36,070 nucleotides of DNA, taken from IMG/VR virus record IMGVR_UViG_3300016472_000345, positions 1 through 36,070 of that record; one strand, given 5' to 3'. The position numbers and the translations under genes were made by a program. The stretch is from a virus (lineage: Duplodnaviria; Caudoviricetes). The first letter of the stretch is position 1, and every line of letters starts with the position of its first letter. This document shows positions 17,433-26,584 of the stretch, one piece after another. The notes under the pieces are model-generated. The model saw only the letters and a program-made list of their open reading frames with translations, was not told where the DNA came from and did not search any database.

Positions 17433-19289
17433 TTAATTTTTTCTAATTTTATCTAGCAATTGAAATGCTCTAATACTCATATTTTCTAGTGCGTATCTGT
17501 CAGGGTTTGTTTCTCTTATTTTAATAAGTTCGTCTAACTCAGCTTGTGCTTTTTCAATTTCTGGATTTACTTTTTTAACTTCAACATCTCCTAGACTTTT
17601 TTCAACTAGATATGTTGCTTTTGTTTTTGTTTCTGCTGGAGTATTTTCTACTTTTGATAATCTCTCATCAATTTTTACTAATAAATCTGCAATCTTTGAA
17701 ATTGCTTTATCCATTTTTTCAATGGTATTTATTTTTTCAATTTTTTGATTGTATTTATTTTCTAATTGATTAATCTTATCTATACTTTTTTGTAGGTCGG
17801 TTGGTTCGTCTGATACTTCTTTAATTTCATTTGTTTCTTCTGTATCCTCAGTTTCTTCTGTTTCATCTGTTTCTTCTGTATCTTCGGAAGTGTCAGTTTC
17901 AACATCTTCTTCTGTTACCTCTGTTGTTTCTTCTAAATTTTCATCTTCTTCTGAAAATTCTTTAAGAATTGTATCAACTTCTGTAACTTCATCGGATATT
18001 AAAACTTCTTGATTATCACTATTATCATTAGATACTTCTGATATATCAACTTTTTTATCATTATTTACATCGTTTTTATTCATTTTAAACTGACTCACCT
18101 CCTTAAAATTGTTTAAATTAATAAATTTTATTGCCGTTGTTCTTTTAACGCTATTTGCTTTATGTCCTACTATTTTGTCTGTTGGTTTGTATATGTTATT
18201 TTCATCTTTTCTATAAACTCTGATAAGTAATGCTGGGTTGTCTTTTTCTGCTGTAATTGTAAAATTACTATCAGGAATATTAACACTTCCTTCTCTTATA
18301 ATTCTTGTTATCTTACCTCTTGCAATTCCCCCACTACTATTCCACTCAACAAAATCACCTACTTTAAAATTTTGTTCTGCTTTTTTAATCTTTTTAACTT
18401 TGTTTGTTTTGTTTGTTTTGTTCGGGTTGTATCCCCAATTTTTTAAACTAATATCTCTTTTTGACGGACAATCGCCTACTTTCTCTCCTTGTTCTGCTCC
18501 TCGCATTCTTGATATAAAACTAATTGTCCTGTTTGCTGTTGTAACATCACTCATTGTCCAATCACTCTTTTTCTTTCTTAATAGATTTAAATTTCTATTT
18601 ATAGGACTTCTTGATAAACTTGCTTTCTTACTGCACTCTGTTTTGCTCCAAGCTTCTAATTCACTTGCACTCATATTTACAAGTGAGTGGTATTTTGAAT
18701 AAACTTCATTTATTTCATCGGCTTTAAAGAGTGTTATTACTGCATTTTTATTTGCAGGTACATCTACTAGACTAATTTCTGTTAAATCTAAACTCTTAAT
18801 GACATTATCAACCATTTGTTTAACTCTGCCCCCAATGCTAAATCCATTAAAAACTCCTTCTTTAACTTTTTTCCAAGCGTTATCATCTACAATCTTTGCA
18901 CTTATAAATAATCCTTTTTCATCTATGTTTGCTCCTCTTGTTCTTCCTACTGCGTTTGTTGTGTGCATTTCTCTAATTGTTGGAAACTTCATATAATTAG
19001 GTAATGCTTCTTTTAATGCTTCTATTTCTACGATTTCCCCCTGACTATCTAAATCAGGCGTTGAAGCGTATCCATATACTATTTGTTCTTCACTATTTAT
19101 TTTTGAAATTGGTAAGTATTTGTTAAATTCAAATGTTTTCATAGTTTTATTATCTTTTTTATTTTCTGATTTAACTTCAAATTCTGCTTGTAATTTTCCA
19201 CATATTTTTTTAGATGTTTTAAGGTCATAACCATTTTCTTGTTGTTTTTTTAAACACTCTTTAAAATCTTTAAATCCTGCAAAAGGCAT
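17433..19289 (-). CDS. HK97-type prohead protease with inserted domains and an acidic/coiled-coil scaffold C-terminus
   Basis: VYGYAS..D.QGE, REMH, GFSIGG and EISLVD.PAN..A motifs, followed by extra domains and a TEE-rich region. Confidence 0.9.
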   Translation of the reverse strand: MPFAGFKDFKECLKKQQENGYDLKTSKKICGKLQAEFEVKSENKKDNKTMKTFEFNKYLPISKINSEEQIVYGYASTPDLDSQGEIVEIEALKEALPNYMKFPTIREMHTTNAVGRTRGANIDEKGLFISAKIVDDNAWKKVKEGVFNGFSIGGRVKQMVDNVIKSLDLTEISLVDVPANKNAVITLFKADEINEVYSKYHSLVNMSASELEAWSKTECSKKASLSRSPINRNLNLLRKKKSDWTMSDVTTANRTISFISRMRGAEQGEKVGDCPSKRDISLKNWGYNPNKTNKTNKVKKIKKAEQNFKVGDFVEWNSSGGIARGKITRIIREGSVNIPDSNFTITAEKDNPALLIRVYRKDENNIYKPTDKIVGHKANSVKRTTAIKFINLNNFKEVSQFKMNKNDVNNDKKVDISEVSNDNSDNQEVLISDEVTEVDTILKEFSEEDENLEETTEVTEEDVETDTSEDTEETDETEETEDTEETNEIKEVSDEPTDLQKSIDKINQLENKYNQKIEKINTIEKMDKAISKIADLLVKIDERLSKVENTPAETKTKATYLVEKSLGDVEVKKVNPEIEKAQAELDELIKIRETNPDRYALENMSIRAFQLLDKIRKN

Positions 19290-19302
19290 TTTATTTTTTT
19301 TT

Positions 19303-19336
19303 AAAAAAAAATCTGCTAGGTTTTGCCTAACAGATT
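19303..19336 (-). terminator. intrinsic terminator just upstream of the prohead protease
   Basis: AATCTGTTAGG-CAAAA-CCTAGCAGATT followed by a T tract. Confidence 0.7.
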
Positions 19337-19401
19337 AATTAAATCTAAATTTAATAATTGTTCTATTTTGTTTTTAGCACTTATTTTAAATGTTTGCAAA
19401 C

Positions 19402-19599
19402 TTATATCTCGTCAGATTGTAAATTACCCCAAACTAAATCACCTAAAACTTGTTCACCATTTATATTTTCTTCAATAAGTTCTCTAACCTCTAATAAATA
19501 TTTGTAAGATGTTGCGTATTGATTTTGTTTATCTAAATTATCAATACTAAAATATTCGTCAAATTTATCAAAAGATAAATCATAACTAAATTGTTCCAA
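19402..19599 (-). CDS. acidic ORF, probably the -1 frame continuation of 19533..20024
   Basis: No ATG; the frame is open back to about 19640 and overlaps the upstream ORF. Confidence 0.45.
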   Translation of the reverse strand: MEQFSYDLSFDKFDEYFSIDNLDKQNQYATSYKYLLEVRELIEENINGEQVLGDLVWGNLQSDEI

Positions 19600-20024
19600 T
19601 AATTTATTTTCATCTTTTCTTGAATTTTTATCTCTTTTTGATTAATTACTTCTACTTTTTGAATATCTTGTTGGTTTGTTACTTCTACTTTTTGAATTTC
19701 TTGTTGATTTGTAACTTCTACTTTTTCAACAAAATCATTTGGCTTTTTATTTATTATTTCAACTTTTTGAACCTCTGGAAACTTAACTTCTTTTTGGTTT
19801 GTTATTTCTACTTTTCCCTCAATCTTTTGTGTTTCAAATGGTTTATCAAAAATACCTGCAACTTTTTTAAATTCATCTAATTCTTGAACTATATTTTTTA
19901 ATTCGGATATTTTATTTAATAATTCTTCAAAGACCATTTTACCGACCACAGGTTTTACTGCATTTCTAATTTTAATTTTTTCATCTAAATTAATTTGTTC
20001 TGTATTTTCTATTTTCCTGTCCAT
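19533..20024 (-). CDS. head-module protein with KVE(V/I)xNQ repeats
   Basis: Five KVExxN units, three of them in an 11-aa period; GAGGTATGG upstream of the ATG. Confidence 0.7.
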   Translation of the reverse strand: MDRKIENTEQINLDEKIKIRNAVKPVVGKMVFEELLNKISELKNIVQELDEFKKVAGIFDKPFETQKIEGKVEITNQKEVKFPEVQKVEIINKKPNDFVEKVEVTNQQEIQKVEVTNQQDIQKVEVINQKEIKIQEKMKINYWNNLVMIYLLINLTNILVLII

Positions 20025-20830
20025 ATATTTGTCCCATACCTTTCACTTGGTTCAACATAACATCTACAATTAATATGTATTGGTGGGTATTGTCCACTTG
20101 ATGTTTGGCTTACCCAAAGCCCACCTGTTCTAATTATTGTATTATGTAGAGGTTCACAAATTTCACAAACTGCTTCATCTCTTGCAGTTATCCATCTTAA
20201 TTCTACTACACCTGATTTTTTATATACTTCATTTTGTATCACGCCTGATATATTTGCAAGTTCGTTTCTGACTATTGTTTCTACTCTATTTTCTGTTAAT
20301 TTTTCTAATTCTTGTTTAACATATTTTGTAGTTTCATTGACTTCTAAAAAACTCTCTCTTGCTATTTGTATCTTTTCAGTTATTTGTTTTGCTGTTGTTA
20401 CATCTAATTGGGGTAACATTTCTTGTAATCTTCTATCTATAATTGTTTTATTTTCTAAATTAAATTTTGTTTCTTTATCTTTATTTGTTAATTTATCAAC
20501 TGCATTTTGTCCTGCAAGATTAGCTGTAACCGTAAGTAATGCAACAAAATCATTATAAATTTTTTTGTTTAGAAGCAAAGGTGCTAACTGCCTGCTTACT
20601 AAGACTAAAATTGTATTATTTAAATCAACTTTTGTTAGTAAAAATGCTTGTTCTACTAATTCGTATGTTATTGCATTATTTACTTGTTTTTTTATTTCTG
20701 ATTTTAAATCTTTAATTAGTTTTTTTGTTTCAGGTAAATCTTCTGCTAAATCTAAAACAACATTTACCCTTAAATTTCCTAAACTTTTATTAATTATTTT
20801 TTTAAGTAAATTAAATTTTATTGAGTTCAT
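20009..20830 (-). CDS. head morphogenesis protein (SPP1 gp7 / Mu gpF-like)
   Basis: R.ETIVRNE, W.TA.D..VC.IC..LH and PPIHINCRC motifs; follows the portal gene. Confidence 0.9.
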   Translation of the reverse strand: MNSIKFNLLKKIINKSLGNLRVNVVLDLAEDLPETKKLIKDLKSEIKKQVNNAITYELVEQAFLLTKVDLNNTILVLVSRQLAPLLLNKKIYNDFVALLTVTANLAGQNAVDKLTNKDKETKFNLENKTIIDRRLQEMLPQLDVTTAKQITEKIQIARESFLEVNETTKYVKQELEKLTENRVETIVRNELANISGVIQNEVYKKSGVVELRWITARDEAVCEICEPLHNTIIRTGGLWVSQTSSGQYPPIHINCRCYVEPSERYGTNIWTGK

Positions 20831-22520
20831 ATAGCATTTTTTTTAAAGTTTGAATTGTTTTGTATTCTTTATTTGAATATTGGCTAAATATTTTTACAAT
20901 ATCACCTTTTGTATTTGCTTCTTCTAATTGAGTTTTAATATCATTTACAATTTCGTTTGAAATTTTATTTGCAATAAAACCATCAAAACTTCTCCCCTTT
21001 TTAATGCTGTTAATACAATATTTTTTCCATTGTAAGATTTCTTTTCTTTCTAATTCTTCTGTTTCAGCTTCTTCTGCTTCTTCTGCTTCTTCTTCTTCTT
21101 TAACCTCAACTTGTCTTGTGTTTTGTTGTATGGGTTTAACTTCTATTGTTGCAGGATTAATTATATCCTTAACTAACATAGGTCCTGTTCCTGTCATTAC
21201 ATAATGTTCTAATCCTATTGGGTCTAAACCCTGTGCTATTCTAACCTCATCTACACTTAAAATACCTGATTTAATTTTAATGTTTTCAACCTCTGCTTCT
21301 TCTCTTACATCTGTTGGATTTACATTTATAAATTTAAATTCAAAATCTACATATTCTAAATCTCTTTGAATAATATTTGTAAATAATTCTTCTAAAAAGT
21401 TAATTAATGCTCTGCCAATTCTTTCTTGTCCTTTTTCTGATTGTACTTCTGCTGTTGCTCTGTTTGTGTTATGCGTAAAGCCAAGGTCTTGTGGGGGTAC
21501 ACCAAATACTGCACAAGTTTGTTCCAATAACCATAGTTCAAATCTTTCAAAAGGTAAATCTTTTGGGTCTTTAGTGCTAATGTAATTTACTCCGTAAGGC
21601 ATCATTTTAATTCTTCTTTGATATCTTGGGTCTCCTGCTACCATAGCGTCAAAATATGTTTGAAATTCTGATATTTGGTCACTTGTCCAATCCTCAGGTA
21701 CGGACATAAAACCTTCAACATTGTTACTATCGGTAAAAAACTTCCAATTGTATAATGTTCCTGCTAGTGCTGATTGTACTTGAAGAATTAAACTCTCTAA
21801 TGGACTTAATCCAAATATTGTATTTGTTCTTGCGTTTCTTATTCTCAAAATAAAGTCATCTTTTGTAAGTTCTGCTACTTTTGTTCCCATAATCCATTGT
21901 TCGTATGCAATTTCTGGGGGGTTGGGTATTCTTCCATTTTCATTAACTCTAACTTTTATTGTTCCAACATCAACAGGAAGTAATGATACTAATTGTCCAC
22001 CTCTTGTTTTTAATTTTTCTATTCCAATTGCTCCCATTACTAGATAATCTTCAATTATTTGTTCTTGAAAAGTTCTCATTGTGCTGTCATTACCTGCAGG
22101 TTGTTTGAAAAAATTAACTAATTCTTGTTGTATATTTTCGTTAAAATTATCAACTAATGGTATTATGCCCCAATCTAGGTGTGTTGTTTTGTTCTTAATA
22201 TAATCAATACAAGCCCTTACTATCGGATAATCTACCGAAAATGTCCTTAAAATACTTGGATTAATTGTTCCCTCTGGTTTATCCTTTATATTACTTCTTG
22301 TTTGTGCGTTAAAAAAACTTGGATAAAAATTAAATTGTTTTAATTGTTCTTGTGGGGATTTAGAAGTTGAATTTTGATTTGCTAATTGTTTTTGTAATTC
22401 TTGAATTTTTAGTTCGTTGTTTCCGTTTAACTCTATTACTTTTTCTATTTCTGTTTTAAACTTTTCAAATAAAAAATTGTTGATTGTTTTGGATATAAAA
22501 TTTTGTTTTTGTTTCGTCAT
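20811..22520 (-). CDS. portal protein
   Basis: FGLSPLE, CAVFGVPP..LG, NRATAE and GILSVDEVR..GLDP motifs; follows terL. Confidence 0.92.
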   Translation of the reverse strand: MTKQKQNFISKTINNFLFEKFKTEIEKVIELNGNNELKIQELQKQLANQNSTSKSPQEQLKQFNFYPSFFNAQTRSNIKDKPEGTINPSILRTFSVDYPIVRACIDYIKNKTTHLDWGIIPLVDNFNENIQQELVNFFKQPAGNDSTMRTFQEQIIEDYLVMGAIGIEKLKTRGGQLVSLLPVDVGTIKVRVNENGRIPNPPEIAYEQWIMGTKVAELTKDDFILRIRNARTNTIFGLSPLESLILQVQSALAGTLYNWKFFTDSNNVEGFMSVPEDWTSDQISEFQTYFDAMVAGDPRYQRRIKMMPYGVNYISTKDPKDLPFERFELWLLEQTCAVFGVPPQDLGFTHNTNRATAEVQSEKGQERIGRALINFLEELFTNIIQRDLEYVDFEFKFINVNPTDVREEAEVENIKIKSGILSVDEVRIAQGLDPIGLEHYVMTGTGPMLVKDIINPATIEVKPIQQNTRQVEVKEEEEAEEAEEAETEELERKEILQWKKYCINSIKKGRSFDGFIANKISNEIVNDIKTQLEEANTKGDIVKIFSQYSNKEYKTIQTLKKMLYELNKI

Positions 22521-23772
22521 TTTTACTTTCTTTTTTATAAAAATCTAAAATACCTGTATTACTTTCATTTAATGCTTTAATCGTTAGTGCTAATGCTATA
22601 ACACAATCATCGTGTTCTCCATCAGGTGCATTATATCTCATTATACCTGTTTCAGATTGCTGATATTCAAAAATGCTTAATTCATCTATTAATGTTTCAA
22701 TGTTTGGATAAGTTATTTCTTTATTTTCCAAAGCAATAACTAATCCTTTGATTAGATTTTCTTTACTTAAATTTGTAAATTTATAGGGCTTAATATTTAC
22801 CCTGTTTCTTAATAAATCAAATACGGGGTCGCCAACTCCTGTACTATCTAATAAGATGTTAGCATTATTATATTTTTTACTCAAACTAACAATTCTTTCA
22901 ATCTGGTCATCGTATGGTACATTATTATATCTATCCCAAGCGACTATGTGTCTTGTATCGTGCCTTATTACATAACACACCGTATAATCTGTTGTCTTTG
23001 CTAAATCTACTCCCATTGAGTATTTGCCTAATGTGAAAGGTTCTTCAAAATCTCCATCAACACAGGCGTTTATATTTCTAAATACTGAACCTACATCATC
23101 AATAAATTCTGCTAAAAATTCTTGTCTAAATATAGGATTATCTATGCCAAATTCTTGAATTAAATGTTCCCACTCATCTTTTGGGAAGTATGGGTTGTCA
23201 ATACTTCTACAATTCCAACTTTTGTAATTTAATTCGTTTTTAAATCCTTTTCTGTAATCTCTGAAATACCAATTTTTACTTCCTTTGGGTGTTGAGATAA
23301 ATATTCCCTTGCCTTTTCTATCTGATAATGTTGGTCTTAATGCTTCTCTCCAAGCAACTTCTTTAATTCTACTTGCTTCATCACCAATTAATAAATCTAA
23401 ACCCTCACCTATTAATCCTGTTGGGTCGTCAGTTGATTTACACTCTATAAAACTTCCTGTTTTTGTAATTAGTTTTAAATTACCCCTTGCTGTGTAAATA
23501 TTTTCTACAAATGGACTTAAAGGTCCTAAAAACCATTTATATACCTCTCTCCAAATCTTTTCTGTTAATGAATTTGTTGGGGCAACAATCCAAATTCTTT
23601 TATTACTTTGTAAAACTTCGTATGTTGCAAAATAAGCCCCTAATAATGATTTTCCAAATCTTCTACCTGCGTTTAAAAACTTAAATCTGCTATCATCTAA
23701 TATTATTTCTTCTTGTTTATCAAATAGGTAAAAATTAATTATCTTTTGTAGGTTCTTGTGATATATCTTCAC
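22465..23772 (-). CDS. terL: terminase large subunit
   Basis: AGRRFGKS Walker A, DEA Walker B, STPKG, GVDLA, DSTGVG and HDDCV.A motifs. Confidence 0.95.
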   Translation of the reverse strand: MKIYHKNLQKIINFYLFDKQEEIILDDSRFKFLNAGRRFGKSLLGAYFATYEVLQSNKRIWIVAPTNSLTEKIWREVYKWFLGPLSPFVENIYTARGNLKLITKTGSFIECKSTDDPTGLIGEGLDLLIGDEASRIKEVAWREALRPTLSDRKGKGIFISTPKGSKNWYFRDYRKGFKNELNYKSWNCRSIDNPYFPKDEWEHLIQEFGIDNPIFRQEFLAEFIDDVGSVFRNINACVDGDFEEPFTLGKYSMGVDLAKTTDYTVCYVIRHDTRHIVAWDRYNNVPYDDQIERIVSLSKKYNNANILLDSTGVGDPVFDLLRNRVNIKPYKFTNLSKENLIKGLVIALENKEITYPNIETLIDELSIFEYQQSETGIMRYNAPDGEHDDCVIALALTIKALNESNTGILDFYKKESKNDETKTKFYIQNNQQFFI

Positions 23773-24154
23773 CTGTTTCTCCTGTTAATTCCCCTAATAG
23801 ATTGGCAAGTCTTAAATCACCACTAATATTTGTTGTTTGTAATGCCCTACCCTCTGTTCTATCTGCTAAATCTTTATATTCGTTTAAATCTTTTCTTGCT
23901 CTTTTAACTCTTTCGTATGCTATTGCTTCTGCAACATACATATCATTTATTTTTTTTGTTTCTGTATATTTTGTAAATTCGTCTAAAGTTAAATCTTTGA
24001 AAAATTGTAACCAATAACCAAATCTTTGTTCGTTCTTTTTCCTTCCCCCAAAATTAATGTTCTGAGGATTATCAACAAAACCCCCTATTCCTGTTGGATT
24101 TTGAATTACATTTGGTAAAAATCTTCCTTTGCTATCTCTGTTTTTATTATTCAT
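23735..24154 (-). CDS. terS: putative terminase small subunit (ATG 24154 preferred to TTG 24169)
   Basis: Overlaps the terL start; RD.KGRF..NP.G..GGRKK N-terminus and DRTEGRA C-terminal motif. Confidence 0.7.
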   Translation of the reverse strand: MNNKNRDSKGRFLPNVIQNPTGIGGFVDNPQNINFGGRKKNEQRFGYWLQFFKDLTLDEFTKYTETKKINDMYVAEAIAYERVKRARKDLNEYKDLADRTEGRALQTTNISGDLRLANLLGELTGETGEDISQEPTKDN

Positions 24155-24219
24155 AATAAAATTATACAATATTAATATTTAAAGTTTTTTCTATTAATGT
24201 AATGAACATTTATTGAGAG

Positions 24220-24245
24220 GGTGGCTACAACAGAAAAAAGCCACC
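24220..24245 (-). terminator. hairpin downstream of the transporter gene
   Basis: GGTGGCT-N12-AGCCACC. Confidence 0.4.
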
Positions 24246-24251
24246 ATAGTT

Positions 24252-24872
24252 CTATGACCTTTCAGTCTTAACCAGGTAAATTCCTGGAATACTAAAAATA
24301 GTCATCAAACCTTTCACCAAAATGTTTGAAATGATAATTGATATTACTACTTCAATAGGTAAATCACCTACAAAAGCAATCAATCCAAACACTACGCTGT
24401 CAATTGGAATTGATAGGGCATTTGAAAACAATACCCGACCCCATTGGAATTTCTTACTTATTCGATTGATAAAGAAACTATATGCCTCAGTATCAATCAA
24501 CTCACTAATGACTTCTGCTAGAATTGAAGCAATCACAATTCGCCACAAAGGACCAAGGATTGTTTCAAACTCTGCTTGAAATCCCCAAGTAGGGTCAGCA
24601 GGTAACCAGATGATAAAACTAAAAAACAGTGCCATCAGAAGATTAATTGCACCTGCCGTTAGAACTACCTTTTTTGCCATTGCCTTACCCCAAGCCTTGT
24701 GTATCATATCACGCAAGGTAAAAGTAAATGGATACACAAATGTACCCCCATCAATTGCAAGTCCTGCCACCATTGCAATCTTCGTTGACGAAATATCAGC
24801 AAAAATCTGTGCTGAGATATAACCTGCCACCGAGAGCATAGCAATTGTGGTCAATGCATCTTTCTTGTCCAT
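24252..24872 (-). CDS. yhhQ: queuosine precursor (preQ0/preQ1) transporter, YhhQ/Vut_1 family
   Basis: About six TM helices; K......G...YP.TF...D......G...AK, RIVIAS..A..ISE..D and R...SN..S..IDS..F..IAF motifs; GGGAG RBS. Confidence 0.9.
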   Translation of the reverse strand: MDKKDALTTIAMLSVAGYISAQIFADISSTKIAMVAGLAIDGGTFVYPFTFTLRDMIHKAWGKAMAKKVVLTAGAINLLMALFFSFIIWLPADPTWGFQAEFETILGPLWRIVIASILAEVISELIDTEAYSFFINRISKKFQWGRVLFSNALSIPIDSVVFGLIAFVGDLPIEVVISIIISNILVKGLMTIFSIPGIYLVKTERS

Positions 24873-24943
24873 ACATCACTCCCAAATTTATTAATCGGTT
24901 TGATTAATCTGTTGTATTTATATTTTAACATATATATTTTATT

Positions 24944-25669
24944 TTAATGTAGGTATTTTTTTTGTTGTTCTAAAGTATATTTAACATTGTGTAAATCTTT
25001 TTCTATATGATTAACATTTTTTTTTCCTCTAATTGATGAGCCAAATACTCTGTTAAATTTTCCACCTGTTAGCCAAGTAGTGCTATCTGAACTATAAAAA
25101 TGCCTAAATAACGGATTACTAAATCTTGTGTAACCAAATCCGTGAACTTTTGAATTATTATCTTTTGCAATTTTTAAAAACAAAGGTAAATACTTATTTG
25201 GAACTTCTGAACCCCCTTCTGGTGTTGTTATAAAACCTGAAAATCCAATTATTGGATAAGTTTTAGCCATAAATTTCCAATAATCAAAACCTCTATCTCT
25301 ATGCCATACTACAACAGGTGGTATTCCTATTTCTTCTGTTAATTTTTTAGTCCATTTTTCAACTTGTGGTAATCCAACAATGTTTTCAATATCTAATTCA
25401 ACATACATTTCAATATGTTTTTTATATTTATTTATAAAAACTATATACTCATTTAAAAATTTATCGTAATCAACTTTAACTACTCCTTTTTGAAAAGTAT
25501 GAGCACCACTATCAATCATAATATTACAATTTAAACTTATTAATTCTTCAAATGTTTTAATTAAAGATTGATTTTTGTTTAAATCGTAATAATTGTATAA
25601 AAAGTTTCTTGCCCCTACATCATATAAAAGTTTTGCTCTTGAACCTGCACCACTAAAAAATATTTTCAT
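24944..25669 (-). CDS. tRNA-guanine transglycosylase-fold protein, probable DpdA-like 7-deazaguanine DNA transglycosylase
   Basis: DSGAHTF, ELD, P.V.WH, VHGFG and S.DSTTW motifs; adjacent to yhhQ. Confidence 0.75.
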   Translation of the reverse strand: MKIFFSGAGSRAKLLYDVGARNFLYNYYDLNKNQSLIKTFEELISLNCNIMIDSGAHTFQKGVVKVDYDKFLNEYIVFINKYKKHIEMYVELDIENIVGLPQVEKWTKKLTEEIGIPPVVVWHRDRGFDYWKFMAKTYPIIGFSGFITTPEGGSEVPNKYLPLFLKIAKDNNSKVHGFGYTRFSNPLFRHFYSSDSTTWLTGGKFNRVFGSSIRGKKNVNHIEKDLHNVKYTLEQQKKYLH

Positions 25670-26355
25670 TTACCTAAAAAATCTGCACAAATTAATTCTA
25701 ATGCTCTGCCTATTGGTTTAATTCCATCATTTTCAACAACTTCTAATGCTTGATTAATTATCTCTGCTTGTGCGTTTGTAACATTAATTTTTTTAACTTT
25801 AACAATTGAAACTTTATGTCCGTTTTCTTTTTCTTCTAAACTTTCAGCAAATTCTTTAAGTTTAATATAATTTTCAACACTTAATGTATAAGTTTTTTTT
25901 GTTTCAATTTGAGTAATATCAAATCTTAATTCTTCCTCTAATTTATCGTAATCAATTAAATCTGATAAACCAAAAACTATATCTAATTCATTTTTAGTAA
26001 ACCCTAAGTCCATTAAAAAATCTTTATCATACGAACTTAATAAATCCCAATCCCAATCTCCTGTATTTTTATTGCTTCTAATTAGATATTCTTCTAATTC
26101 TTCTTTGTTTAATTTTCTACTTGGTACTCTTACATCAATTTCTTCTTCACCTCTACCTAATAACTGCATTATTTTAAGTCTTTGATGTCCTGCGATTATT
26201 GTATTATCTGTATTTATTGCTGGAATTTCTACCAAATTGTATTTTGTAATTGATTGTTTTAGTTGTTCAACTTGTTCTTCTCTCATTAATCTTGGGTTTG
26301 CTTCATAGGGTAATAAATCATTAATTTTTCTTTTTTCTGTATTCCATTTAAGCAT
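25666..26355 (-). CDS. ParB-like N-terminal domain protein with a possible C-terminal ribbon-helix-helix
   Basis: L.PY..NPR, SI..Y..V..P, IIAGHQR and N...GDWD...L motifs; ATGA-type overlap with the TGT-like gene. Confidence 0.85.
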   Translation of the reverse strand: MLKWNTEKRKINDLLPYEANPRLMREEQVEQLKQSITKYNLVEIPAINTDNTIIAGHQRLKIMQLLGRGEEEIDVRVPSRKLNKEELEEYLIRSNKNTGDWDWDLLSSYDKDFLMDLGFTKNELDIVFGLSDLIDYDKLEEELRFDITQIETKKTYTLSVENYIKLKEFAESLEEKENGHKVSIVKVKKINVTNAQAEIINQALEVVENDGIKPIGRALELICADFLGK

Positions 26356-26357
26356 TT

Positions 26358-26572
26358 TTATTTCCTGTAAATTTTTTTTATTTCTGTGTATTTTATAAAT
26401 TCTTCTAAAGTTAAATCTTTAAAAAATTGCAACCAATAACCAAACCTTTGCTCATTTTTTTTCTACCACCAAAATTTATATTTCCTGGATTATCTTTAAA
26501 TCCTCCTTTACCTGTTGGGTTTGCAATGTTATTTGGTAAAAATCTTCCTTTATTGTCTTGAAATTTATTCAT
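26358..26572 (-). pseudogene. frameshifted, truncated paralogue of terS
   Basis: Reads MNKFQDNKGRFLPNNIANPTGKGGFKDNPGNINFGGRKK, then in the -1 frame NEQRFGYWLQFFKDLTLEEFIKYTEIKKIYRK*, nearly identical to the N-terminal half of 23735..24154. Confidence 0.85.
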
Positions 26573-26584
26573 AAAATATTTATA

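Noticed and set aside
17820-17960. TTCTTCTGT-type short repeats (also near 21050-21100)
   Set aside because: Explained by low-complexity acidic linkers (TEE, EEA) in the scaffold and portal proteins.
24195-24240. Possible preQ1-I riboswitch beside yhhQ (GTTGTAGCCACCCTCTCAATAAA resembles its 3' half)
   Set aside because: The 5' P1 strand (AGAGG-like) is missing and the element lies downstream of the transporter. The upstream leader does not match either.
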